Source: an uncultured Lentisphaera sp.
GTDB taxonomy: Bacteria; Verrucomicrobiota; Lentisphaeria; Victivallales; GWF2-50-93
Direction of reading: 5' to 3'
Length of the DNA: 64,000 nt
Assembly: GCA_964426675.1 (NCBI GenBank)
Contig: CAYRRM010000002.1
Location: 22,671 to 86,670, forward strand
The notes under the pieces are model-generated. The model was not told where the DNA came from and ran no database searches. It saw only the letters and a program-made list of their open reading frames with translations. Position numbers and translations under genes: made by a program. Positions 51,001 to 59,354 of the stretch are shown here, piece by piece (position 1 is the first letter of the stretch; every line of letters begins with the position of its first letter).

Positions 51001-51321
51001 GGTCATAATTTTAACAAAGAAACTATCAAGTGTCCCTATTTGCAATTTGTGCATTGAAAGAAGGATATTAGATAATATTTCGATGTTTTTTTCTCGGGAG
51101 ATACTTAATTCATCCTTGTTTTTTTCCGGATTTTGTATTAATTGAATGAGGCGTTGAATTATTCGTTCAAAAATTTCACCTGCGGCATTACGTGTAAATG
51201 TGAGAACAACTATTTCTTCCGGTTTTGCTCCAGCAATCAGTAAAGATATATAGCGATTTACAAGCTGATATGTCTTTCCAGTTCCGGCGGAAGCAGAAAT
51301 AGCCTCATTTTGAATTATCAT
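48082..51321 (-). CDS. addA: UvrD-family helicase / PD-(D/E)XK nuclease, AddA-like
   Basis: Walker A SAGTGKTY, UvrD motifs, C-terminal nuclease ILDYKSD. The ATG at 51321 forms an ATGA overlap with the addB stop and follows GGAGGAA (track start 51336). Confidence 0.85.
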   Translation of the reverse strand: MIIQNEAISASAGTGKTYQLVNRYISLLIAGAKPEEIVVLTFTRNAAGEIFERIIQRLIQLIQNPEKNKDELSISREKNIEILSNILLSMHKLQIGTLDSFFVKIMTFFAFELGLPGKISIIDEQMQDYVRMTVLKKVLNSISNEQDLRNFIEDFKKSTFGVEEKRIFNLLKNYIESHHQLYILCPDESMWGNPEKIWEKNSIIFQKYDINSLSTKLKELLEKRKDLGDKEIKKITDFAEIASIIDTNPTLKLDQSPNNFSNIISAYESFKQGNATIKVGHKSITFSNEECAIIAKIIEYIAKIKFEKQLNKTAGIYKIIKRYEESYDTVIRSSGIITFQDIPYLLSPDKILGENHYILSSHRVNSADKLYIDYRLDSRFSHWLIDEFQDTSIIQWAIIENLIDEVIQDTSGKKSFFYVGDQKQSIYSWRGGRPEIFDNILEKYSDKIKRRELTKSYRSSPEIINTINKVFANIQNLQFLPQELKEKWKFSQHTPRSEANKGYCALFQIKNTDKLKKDNLIELKAKFISEKIGMISPLERGFSVAVLCRKNDTAKEIAKHLHLLGIPAIYEGENKLTDNAVIPAFISLFKFVEHPIDNFAWQHLQMTPFRELIGTDKEKLILLILEQIHQMAFSKTIIFWKNKLEKEANIRFDNFNLMRIKQFIEAAEIFDKSGDKNCSNFINFINNYSAPKNNSENFVQCITIHKAKGLEFDIVFLPELYEQNSIITDKLSDGIKEKRDKNLKTKTVFLFPEKFISEIDPELKKWISELNIESAYENICVLYVAMTRARDALYMIADPPLKNETAVVRSQDILIKTLTGDKKNEDENTFQLLYEEGNEDWFNCLEKEENFIADEKEEKEIHPIELFSTEPEALTPSAIKTESYLSVNKIFSESAEEALEIGTIIHYLFEQIEWIDNENVENIIMRCKPKFKKIISNENVINKAIELFKKAINACEIRNELSFPAGKKCKLWREKAFSIIINNKLVNGQFDRVTIIEDEFGNAEDAIILDYKSDEISLESEIPLAVEHHYAQLDLYRKALSRLIDLPEEKIHAKIAFISIGKIINVPFHISEKRDMPTY
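48154..48166. repeat. iterated palindrome copy TGCGATTTTCGCA
   Basis: The coding strand reads A-K-I-A. Confidence 0.9.
48447..48459. repeat. iterated palindrome copy TGCGAATTTCGCA
   Basis: The coding strand reads C-E-I-R-N. Confidence 0.9.
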
Positions 51322-54059
51322 AATTCCTCCACACATTTTGATACTTCATCCGGGAAGATTCTTTCAAAATCATCATATTTGACGTTTTCAGATGGTGGCC
51401 AGAAGACAGCATTTTCAATTTTTTCTATGATTTTTTCGGCGCAATTTCTGGCAGAAGTGATTTCTGATTCGCCAAAGTCTTCCCAGATTTCTATTCTGCT
51501 GTCCTCTAAGGCTTTAGGTAGGTTGAAATAAGCGCATATGATATTTTTGTCACAAAATTCATTGCATTGTTTTAACATAGAAGCGTAAAGAGGAAGTTGC
51601 AGGTCTAACCACGCTTTATTGCTGTTGTTTATTTTAAGAAAATCCGGAGTATCATTGGAAGAACTGCCAAGATGAACTTTTGCAGGATTTTCAGCTTTAT
51701 CAGAAGTTTTATAATCAATAATCATTATTGATTTTTCATCAGGAGATATATCAATTCTATCAATTCGACCTTTTATCTTTGTTTTGGATATAGTAAGTTC
51801 CAATGAAAACTCTGTTTTAACTATTTTCCATCCATTTTTATTTTGTTCTGATTGAATTTCTGCGAACTTCGCAAGTCGATTTTTCATAGTTTCAAGTTGG
51901 ATTAATACGCTTGCATTAGGAATTCTCCCATAGCGATGTGATATTATTTTATCGAGAGTTGAAAATAGGAATTTTCTTATTTCTTCTTTGTTTTGTGACT
52001 TTGATATTCTTCCCTCCTTTGCAAATTTTTCCAGGACGTTATGTATGATTTCCCCAAAATCAAAATGATCTAACTCGATTTTTTCATCGTATTCTTCCAT
52101 CTTTAATATTTTTTTAAGGTAAAATCTGAATGGACATATGATATAGGACTTAAAATCTGATACGCTGAGACTGTCCGGAATTTTTTTCTCGGAAACCTTC
52201 AATTTCCACGCTAATTCGGATGTTAGAAAATCATATTTTTTACGATTAAGAGCTTTAAAAAGTTTTTCTGCTCGTTTTATAAGTTCTTCTGGATCAGATA
52301 GAAATAAGAGCCTTGACGGCATAATAGATTCCTCATTGCAGTTAGTCTTACCTACTATACAACTAACGGCTCCTTTTTTTCTCGATTTCACTATAGATTG
52401 CATCAAGTATATATCTCTTGTAAAACGTTGCTTATTATTGCGGAGTCCTATTTTTTCTCTTACTGAATCCGGGAGAAATACGTGCCCTGAAAGTGATTCT
52501 GGCAAAAATCCCTCATTTACCCCGCATAAAATAATTTCATTTGAATTATCAAACTGAGCTTCAAGCCAGCCTGAGAGAGGAATGGCTCCTTTTTTGATTT
52601 CAGAATAAAGAGTTTTTCTTGCAATATCATTCAGAAAAATATAGAATTTTTCTTCTATAGGTAAATTTGATTTTTCAAGAGCCGAACCTTTGATTTCATT
52701 AATAGATTCTTTTAGCACATTAAATATATTGTCGGGAGAGACAAGAGAGTTAAATTCATATGATTCTAAATTTTGTTGAGAGGAAAAAATATTGATTACA
52801 AAGTTTTTTATAGCATGGCTAATAGGAGGTATTTTAAAATCAGAAGAGAGTTTTTGAATTTCTGATATTGCAATTTTTATATTCTTGTATTTTTCCGGAA
52901 TATTTTCTAAATCAGCATCTTTTGGTAAAGACTCGTTTTGAAATTTGTCTATTTCATCAAGAAGTTCTGGGATTAAAAACGAATATTTTGACTTTAAAAA
53001 TATTAAAACGGAGGAATTTCGCAAAAAATTTGCAAATGATTCAAAACTATTTGTTGAAAGAAAATCATAAAAAGATTTGAATAAGTAAAATATTGAAAAT
53101 GATTTAAATGGATATCCAGCGGGGTTGTAAGTATTTATGCCCCTTTCCATTAGAAATCGTTCAATATTTTGAGCGAGGTCATTGTTTAATAAAATGATTG
53201 AACAGCTATTGGAGGGCTTTTCTAAACTCTGGATTAATTTTTTTACAGTGAGCTCAGCTTGTTCAACTGGATTTCCCTCGATATAAATATTTTCAAGGTT
53301 TATTTCAATATTGCTATTTTCCCATTTTCCTGGCAATGGCCTGCCATAGTCATCAAACGAATCAACAAGCTCCGGAGGAGCATGTATCCATATTTCAATG
53401 TTTATTTTTTCTGCGAGTTTTTCTATTTTTCTTATGAATAAAGGAGTTGGATCACACAAGGCGAGAAGAATAATTTTCGAAATATTCCCAAGTTCTTCGT
53501 ATTTTATTTGTGAATTAATCTTTGTAATTTCAGGATCTTCAAAATTATTTTCTTTAAGATTTTTAAGATATAGATTTTCAAGTTCTGCCATAGCCTTCCA
53601 TCGTTCAATCTCCTCAATGCCAAATTGTTCTGCATTTTTAGCAACGGAATTGATTGTATGAGCATTTTCAGAAAGAGTTTTGCGTAAATCGCAAAAATCT
53701 TCTGCAAATCTAATTATAATGTCAATATTTTGAGTATTTCTTATTTTTAATGCATCTAATACTTCCTTAGGAGCTGTCCGAATCGTTTGAATCCATAGAA
53801 AAATAAGATCCTGTGAAGGAATATTTTTTTCCTTAAGACATAGTGATAAGAAAAAATCTGGTGTCACAAATAAAGGCGGTATAAAACCATTTACAAAATG
53901 ATTGGCAAGCGCTAATTTTATTCTCTTTCCAGAATTTTTAGTTTGGCTTACTACACAGGTAGAGCTTAAATCTGGCGGTTTTCCCTTTGCTTCTTTTGTC
54001 AATCTTTCAACAACTGTAGAGATTAAATTTTTATTCCAATTTAAAAATACTTTGTTCAT
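51318..54059 (-). CDS. addB: PD-(D/E)XK nuclease family protein, AddB-like
   Basis: Nuclease motif GRIDRIDISPDEKSIMIIDYKTSDK. One upstream Cys (YIICPFRF) plus C-x3-C-x5-C (QCNEFCDKNIIC) resembles the AddB iron-staple Cys pattern. No clear Walker A. Confidence 0.7.
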   Translation of the reverse strand: MNKVFLNWNKNLISTVVERLTKEAKGKPPDLSSTCVVSQTKNSGKRIKLALANHFVNGFIPPLFVTPDFFLSLCLKEKNIPSQDLIFLWIQTIRTAPKEVLDALKIRNTQNIDIIIRFAEDFCDLRKTLSENAHTINSVAKNAEQFGIEEIERWKAMAELENLYLKNLKENNFEDPEITKINSQIKYEELGNISKIILLALCDPTPLFIRKIEKLAEKINIEIWIHAPPELVDSFDDYGRPLPGKWENSNIEINLENIYIEGNPVEQAELTVKKLIQSLEKPSNSCSIILLNNDLAQNIERFLMERGINTYNPAGYPFKSFSIFYLFKSFYDFLSTNSFESFANFLRNSSVLIFLKSKYSFLIPELLDEIDKFQNESLPKDADLENIPEKYKNIKIAISEIQKLSSDFKIPPISHAIKNFVINIFSSQQNLESYEFNSLVSPDNIFNVLKESINEIKGSALEKSNLPIEEKFYIFLNDIARKTLYSEIKKGAIPLSGWLEAQFDNSNEIILCGVNEGFLPESLSGHVFLPDSVREKIGLRNNKQRFTRDIYLMQSIVKSRKKGAVSCIVGKTNCNEESIMPSRLLFLSDPEELIKRAEKLFKALNRKKYDFLTSELAWKLKVSEKKIPDSLSVSDFKSYIICPFRFYLKKILKMEEYDEKIELDHFDFGEIIHNVLEKFAKEGRISKSQNKEEIRKFLFSTLDKIISHRYGRIPNASVLIQLETMKNRLAKFAEIQSEQNKNGWKIVKTEFSLELTISKTKIKGRIDRIDISPDEKSIMIIDYKTSDKAENPAKVHLGSSSNDTPDFLKINNSNKAWLDLQLPLYASMLKQCNEFCDKNIICAYFNLPKALEDSRIEIWEDFGESEITSARNCAEKIIEKIENAVFWPPSENVKYDDFERIFPDEVSKCVEEL
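51861..51873. repeat. iterated palindrome copy TGCGAACTTCGCA
   Basis: The coding strand reads A-K-F-A. Confidence 0.9.
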
Positions 54060-54110
54060 GATATTAAAAATTTTCGTAATGTAAGTCTAAAAAATTAAAA
54101 GTAATAGCAC

Positions 54111-54731
54111 TTAAGATAGAGATTTCAATACTTCTGTAAATTCATCGAGTGATTTTGCTTTTAAAAAGGGATTTTTTTCTTTTTCTTCTTTTAGTGAACG
54201 AAATGGAACTGCACCATAATTATGGCCTGAAAATATTAAGTTAGAGTCTGGAAGGTTTTTTATCTTTTGAAGAGAATCAAACATTATCCGCGGTTTACAA
54301 TAACCAATATAATCTATGAAGAGAGTATCTCCGGTAAATATGCCTAAATTATCTGACAAGCGGTATGTGATACTATCCTCAGTATGTCCCGGCGTATAAA
54401 TAGCCTCTACAAATACTGAACCAAGGGGGATTTTTTCTCCATCGTTAATGTTATAATCTTTCTTGAAAGGCAATTTTGGATGCCCTGCGACTTTCGCACG
54501 GAAAAATTTTTGAATATCATTTAAACCGGAAATATGGTCGAAATGTCCGTGAGTGAGTAAAATGTATTTTGCTTTAATTCCGGGTATATTTTTAATTTCT
54601 TTTTCTATCAAGTTTATATCCCCGCAGGGGTCAATGACAATGGATTCTAAAGAGTTTTTTTCAATTATTAGATAAGAAAAATTATTATCAAAACCGCCTG
54701 TCAAGATTTGTTTTACAATGAATTCAGACAT
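54111..54731 (-). CDS. MBL-fold metallo-hydrolase
   Basis: LLTHGHFDH motif. The likely start MSEFIVKQ at 54731 avoids overlap with the FHA gene (track start 54758). Confidence 0.85.
   Translation of the reverse strand: MSEFIVKQILTGGFDNNFSYLIIEKNSLESIVIDPCGDINLIEKEIKNIPGIKAKYILLTHGHFDHISGLNDIQKFFRAKVAGHPKLPFKKDYNINDGEKIPLGSVFVEAIYTPGHTEDSITYRLSDNLGIFTGDTLFIDYIGYCKPRIMFDSLQKIKNLPDSNLIFSGHNYGAVPFRSLKEEKEKNPFLKAKSLDEFTEVLKSLS
54486..54498. repeat. iterated palindrome copy TGCGACTTTCGCA
   Basis: The coding strand reads A-K-V-A. Confidence 0.8.
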
Positions 54732-55827
54732 AACTAAGGATAAACTTTTCCTCTCCAAATTCTATTATGTCGCCTGGGTGAACAGTTCTTTTGCTGATGC
54801 GTTCTCCGTTTACATATGTACCATTTGTGCTGTAACAATCAAGGAGCATAATGCAATTCTCATAAACAATTACCTGTGCATGTTTTTTTGAAACGGTCTT
54901 ACTGTTGATAACAATATTTGCTTGAACCGGGTCTCTCCCTATAAATCCTGATTTTCCAGCGGCTGGCATATATAAGATACTCTTCTTTGTTCCGTCAGAA
55001 TTTTTTGTTGCTGGTAATAGAACAAGTCTTTCCGCATTTAATTTATCTATACCGGTACTAATTTTTATTTCTGCGCTATTTTTTGTATCTGGAAGTTCAA
55101 ATGTGGCAGTAGTTTTTCCAAGAGATATTGTTGAACCTCTAAGGATGAGCCTTGCCTCATTACAGGGGGCCGAATTTACGAGTATAGGAGTGGAAGGATC
55201 AAGAGGTTGGATAAAAAATTCTCTATTCTTCTCATAAATTGCTGCAATAAAGTCTGCTTCTCCAACAGTAAGGTCGGAGTATGAATGTTTTCCAATAAGG
55301 CATAATTTTTCTCTTAGAAAAGAGTGTTCTGTATCATTTATTTTTAATGCAAATTCATTATTAAAAGGAGGTCCTTGTTTGTTTAATTTTGTAGTTTTTC
55401 CATCATCATTCAGGGCTGATATGATAAAACTTGTTCCATTATTATTCATTATGAGAACTTTTTCACCTTTTTCCATTATAAAGTGGTTCAAAATTTGCCC
55501 ATTAAAAGAGAATTTTGCTGATGCCCTTCCGGTATTTAATATAACCCACTTGTCGTCGCATTTTTGCAATACAATGGCTCCGGAAAAATTTGGAATAAGG
55601 CTGACAGGTAAATCCGAATCAGCATTGTTATCTGTTATAAGCACCCGTTCGCGAGTTGGTTCAAAAAGTTTTTCTTTCCATCCTGTATGTGTATAGATAA
55701 GTATCGACAGGCGTCCCGAAGCTGGTTCTGTCTTAATAATCTGTTTTTTTAAATTTATGTTTGTCGAATCCCCTTGTGGGTTTATGACATCCATATTGAC
55801 CCCCAAATTTGAGTAAATATAGCTCAT
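54724..55827 (-). CDS. FHA domain-containing protein
   Basis: C-terminal FIGRDPVQANIVINSKTVSKKHAQVIVYENCIMLLDCYSTNGTYVNGERI is a canonical FHA domain. Confidence 0.8.
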   Translation of the reverse strand: MSYIYSNLGVNMDVINPQGDSTNINLKKQIIKTEPASGRLSILIYTHTGWKEKLFEPTRERVLITDNNADSDLPVSLIPNFSGAIVLQKCDDKWVILNTGRASAKFSFNGQILNHFIMEKGEKVLIMNNNGTSFIISALNDDGKTTKLNKQGPPFNNEFALKINDTEHSFLREKLCLIGKHSYSDLTVGEADFIAAIYEKNREFFIQPLDPSTPILVNSAPCNEARLILRGSTISLGKTTATFELPDTKNSAEIKISTGIDKLNAERLVLLPATKNSDGTKKSILYMPAAGKSGFIGRDPVQANIVINSKTVSKKHAQVIVYENCIMLLDCYSTNGTYVNGERISKRTVHPGDIIEFGEEKFILSYV

Positions 55828-55897
55828 AACTTCTCCTTTTTCAACTATGTTTAAAGTCTTTAGAGAAGTAATGTAGCAAAATTCATACCAGAATATT

Positions 55898-58222
55898 TTA
55901 TTTTTCCATTTTTATCTCTGAAAAAATTTTTCTCCCGCATAACGTTTTTGTAGTTCCATTAAATCCTTTTATTATTACTTCAGCTTTTTTGGGAATAGTC
56001 ATACTGGCTGATAATTTTTTGCCATCATTTATTATTTTTACCCTTACTGTTCCGAAAGGTGTTGGCGCTGAGCCTGATATTTCCGGGTATGGGGAAGGTT
56101 TTGGGGAAAAGAGAATTTTTTTAAAACCAGGTTCTGCAGGTTTAATTCCAAGAAAAACTGTGATAAACTCATAGAGGGGTGATGAACTCCAGGCGTGACA
56201 ATCACTTCGAGGAGCTACAGGTGTTTCAGGAAAAGTACTTAATCCAAGGTCGAGTTGTTGTTTCCAATTTTCCAATTGTTTCCAGAAATACTCAAAACAA
56301 CCGGTTTTTTCCCATGCTCTGAAGAGATAAAAAGAAAAATAAAGAGTTGCTTTACTCATTTTATTATCAGAATAAAGTCTTTTCGCAAGAGATACTGCGT
56401 CATTCCCTTTCGATGCTCCTGAAATAATAGCCCATGCGTTGCAATGCTGGCTTATAAATTTTTCCCCTGGAATATCCAGGTATACTCCATCACTTGTGCG
56501 ACAGAACTTGTTTACTGCAGAGATTGTTTTTTTTGCTAAATTCATAAAATATTTGGAGTCTTTTCCAATCTCGTTGGCAAGATATGAAGCATTCTGAAGA
56601 GCATAAGCATATTGTAAATTATTTATAGTAAGTGGAACGCATTTATCACGCCCCGGATTTCCCCCCGGCCATTCAGGCAACCAATCAGTAAAGTTCCAAT
56701 ATGGCAAATGTCCAATAAGTCCATTCGGCAACCTTCTTCTCTCAAACCAGTGTATAACGGAATAAATTCCCTCAAACAATTCGTTTATAAAATCCTTATC
56801 ACCAAAGTATTCATAGTAATCTTTTATCATCATAATCCAGTATAGGCTAAAACCCGGTATAACCTGTGTCCATGAGGACGGATACCTTGATTGTGTTATG
56901 CCCTCAGCAAGTCTGGATCTATCAAAATGCTTTATGGCTTGCTTTCCTAATCTCCCATCGCCTGTTAAACTGTATGATATTAAAGCTTGAATCCTTGTGT
57001 CTCCTACATATTGCAACTGCTCATAATATGGGCAATCAAAGTAATGCTCATTTGCGCATAATCTTGCAGTATGCCAGCCTATTTCCCAGATTTTGCGAAT
57101 TTCGCAATCTTTTGCATCAAAATTTGCTTTTAAATTAAAAGGATACATGCAGGTTCTGAAAGAAAAAGATTTTACTGAAAGCTTTTTATTGTCATTATTT
57201 TTAACTTCTATTTCAATAAACCTGAATGTTCTGAACCAAAAAGGTTCGAAGAGGTCTTCCAATCCACTTAAAATCAATTTATCGCTATAACCAAAGACTA
57301 CTCCATTGGGATCATCCCTTTTTATCTTTTTCCCATTAACGAATAATGCTTCTGAATATCTGATAATAACTTCAACCCCTTTTTCTCCTTTTAAGTTTAG
57401 AATAGGGAATGCTGTATAAAGTTTTCCCGCGTCCAATGTAATTTTTGCATTGCCATTGATCTGTAATTCAGTTCCTGTAAGAAGAGCATTTGCTGAGTCT
57501 AAAGTTATATTCTCGGTTTTCACTATTGAAGAAAATATCTTTTTTTCCTCTTCCATTTGTGGTATTTCACGTGGAATTAACCACCATCGACTTGTAGGAT
57601 TTTTAATATTTCCCTTCTGAAGTGCGGGGGAAAGTTTAATTACGGGTCTCCACGAAGGATCTATCTCAAAATTATGCACAGTTCTATCAATAAAGTTAAA
57701 GTTCACTTCTTCTTCCGGAGGACTTATTAAAAATGTTCTGAGAGAATATTCAGCATCATGAGGGCGATTTCTTACAGAGTTATCTTCTTTACAAAGCCAT
57801 TGTTCTGGAGTATCAAGGGAAATAACTTTTTTGCGCCCCAAGAATATTCCTCCCGCGCACACAAACGCAAGTCCAGTTCCAGTTTCTGCAAGGGCAACTT
57901 CTTTGCCTTCAATTGTTTGGGGCTTATCTCTGAATTGAATTACTTTTGCACATAGAACATGTTTCCCTTTTGTGAGGGAGATTTCATAGTTTTCGTAATT
58001 CCAATGGTGTAGATCACTCCTGCACGGACCTCTACCAATAACTTTTCCATTTAAATATAAAATATACCTATTATCAGCGGAAACGGAAATTTTCAATCTG
58101 GCGTTTTGAATTTTTACTTCAAAGCTTTGCCTGAACCAACAATGGGAAATATTTTTCTGATGCCAGTCTGGATGTGTGCACCAAAAGATTTCTTTTTCAT
58201 CAGGGAAAAACCCTTTAATCAT
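55898..58222 (-). CDS. alpha-L-rhamnosidase-like glycoside hydrolase (GH78-type six-hairpin)
   Basis: 774 aa. YFDCPYYEQLQYVGDTRIQAL matches, from memory, rhamnosidase-family catalytic domains. Confidence 0.65.
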   Translation of the reverse strand: MIKGFFPDEKEIFWCTHPDWHQKNISHCWFRQSFEVKIQNARLKISVSADNRYILYLNGKVIGRGPCRSDLHHWNYENYEISLTKGKHVLCAKVIQFRDKPQTIEGKEVALAETGTGLAFVCAGGIFLGRKKVISLDTPEQWLCKEDNSVRNRPHDAEYSLRTFLISPPEEEVNFNFIDRTVHNFEIDPSWRPVIKLSPALQKGNIKNPTSRWWLIPREIPQMEEEKKIFSSIVKTENITLDSANALLTGTELQINGNAKITLDAGKLYTAFPILNLKGEKGVEVIIRYSEALFVNGKKIKRDDPNGVVFGYSDKLILSGLEDLFEPFWFRTFRFIEIEVKNNDNKKLSVKSFSFRTCMYPFNLKANFDAKDCEIRKIWEIGWHTARLCANEHYFDCPYYEQLQYVGDTRIQALISYSLTGDGRLGKQAIKHFDRSRLAEGITQSRYPSSWTQVIPGFSLYWIMMIKDYYEYFGDKDFINELFEGIYSVIHWFERRRLPNGLIGHLPYWNFTDWLPEWPGGNPGRDKCVPLTINNLQYAYALQNASYLANEIGKDSKYFMNLAKKTISAVNKFCRTSDGVYLDIPGEKFISQHCNAWAIISGASKGNDAVSLAKRLYSDNKMSKATLYFSFYLFRAWEKTGCFEYFWKQLENWKQQLDLGLSTFPETPVAPRSDCHAWSSSPLYEFITVFLGIKPAEPGFKKILFSPKPSPYPEISGSAPTPFGTVRVKIINDGKKLSASMTIPKKAEVIIKGFNGTTKTLCGRKIFSEIKMEK
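57094..57106. repeat. iterated palindrome copy TGCGAATTTCGCA
   Basis: The coding strand reads C-E-I-R-K. Confidence 0.9.
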
Positions 58223-58224
58223 AT

Positions 58225-59121
58225 TTATTTCTCCTCTTCTTTATTTTTATAAAGCGGCTCTCGTTCTCCATTTGCATGATAAATTACAGTTTTTATTTTT
58301 TTTAGTTGAGAGTTTGCTCCATAGTAGAGATTGTTATCTTCATCATAAGAAAAAAGCCCTTTTGCAAAATCTGCAACAACTGGTGGAAAAACTGTCCAAT
58401 CCCCAAATATTTTCAATTTTTCCTGATGTTCTTTTGCTATTTCTTCAAGGGCATCTTTATAACCACCAGCAGGTTTTTGTAATGGCCTTTTTTTGCGAAT
58501 TTCGCAAAGCCTCTCGATGTCTATATTCAAGTTGATTGGTACTGGCTCTGAAATTCCAAGTATAGGTCCTGAATCCATTTCTCCTCCTCTCCCTGTATAA
58601 GGTTGTGCAACAATCACGCTTGAACGGAGTTGTTTGTGACCCGCAAGAATAGCCGTTTCTATTGGAATAGTATGTAGTCCCACCAGAAGGCGATGACCAT
58701 TTTCTTCAATAGTAAGATCTCCTGGATGAACATTAAGGCATGGAAAGTCTGCGCAGATATTTGTAAGGGGAACGAATCCTGCTAATATACCAAAATCTAC
58801 ACGGAAAGGTTTTAAAATCTTTCTCATTTCCTCTGTCCATTCTTCACGAATAGTACGTCTTTTTTCATTTATAAGAGCTATAGATTTCTCTCCTTTATCT
58901 GCGTAAAATCTCCTGATATCATGTAAAATTGCAGGAATCTTAAATCTTTGGCCTATTTCAAAAGCTCTACTTTGGGGATTATCAGTAAGTATCAAGGCTG
59001 CTTCCCATGTAGGTGAATTTTTTAGTGACTCGAGGAGTTTTTCTGCATTAGTTCCAGAGCCACTCATAAAAATTACAGCTCTAGGTCTTTGGTTTGTTCT
59101 TTTCTTGAGAAATTCTTTCAA
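58225..59121 (-). CDS. formyltransferase family protein (PurN-like N-terminal domain with a C-terminal extension)
   Basis: AVIFMSGSGTNAEKLL and LAGFVPL...CLNVHPGDL resemble PurN/Fmt motifs. 298 aa. Confidence 0.55.
   Translation of the reverse strand: MKEFLKKRTNQRPRAVIFMSGSGTNAEKLLESLKNSPTWEAALILTDNPQSRAFEIGQRFKIPAILHDIRRFYADKGEKSIALINEKRRTIREEWTEEMRKILKPFRVDFGILAGFVPLTNICADFPCLNVHPGDLTIEENGHRLLVGLHTIPIETAILAGHKQLRSSVIVAQPYTGRGGEMDSGPILGISEPVPINLNIDIERLCEIRKKRPLQKPAGGYKDALEEIAKEHQEKLKIFGDWTVFPPVVADFAKGLFSYDEDNNLYYGANSQLKKIKTVIYHANGEREPLYKNKEEEK
58494..58506. repeat. iterated palindrome copy TGCGAATTTCGCA
   Basis: The coding strand reads C-E-I-R-K. Confidence 0.9.
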
Positions 59122-59354
59122 TGGAAATAAAATTTGATTTTTATTAAAATAAATTTTAAAACTTTAAATCTTAAATTTTCAAATGCAATCTCTTTAAGAG
59201 AGTATTTTATGAAAAAAATGAGTTAGCTACTATTTTTTTTAAAATTTATTAATGGCTTTATAGAATGTAAATTTGATTTTTGTTTATTTCCTTATACAAT
59301 AGAGATATCTAAAAATACGAATATTCTATTAATTTGCAGTTCTGATGAGGTGTT

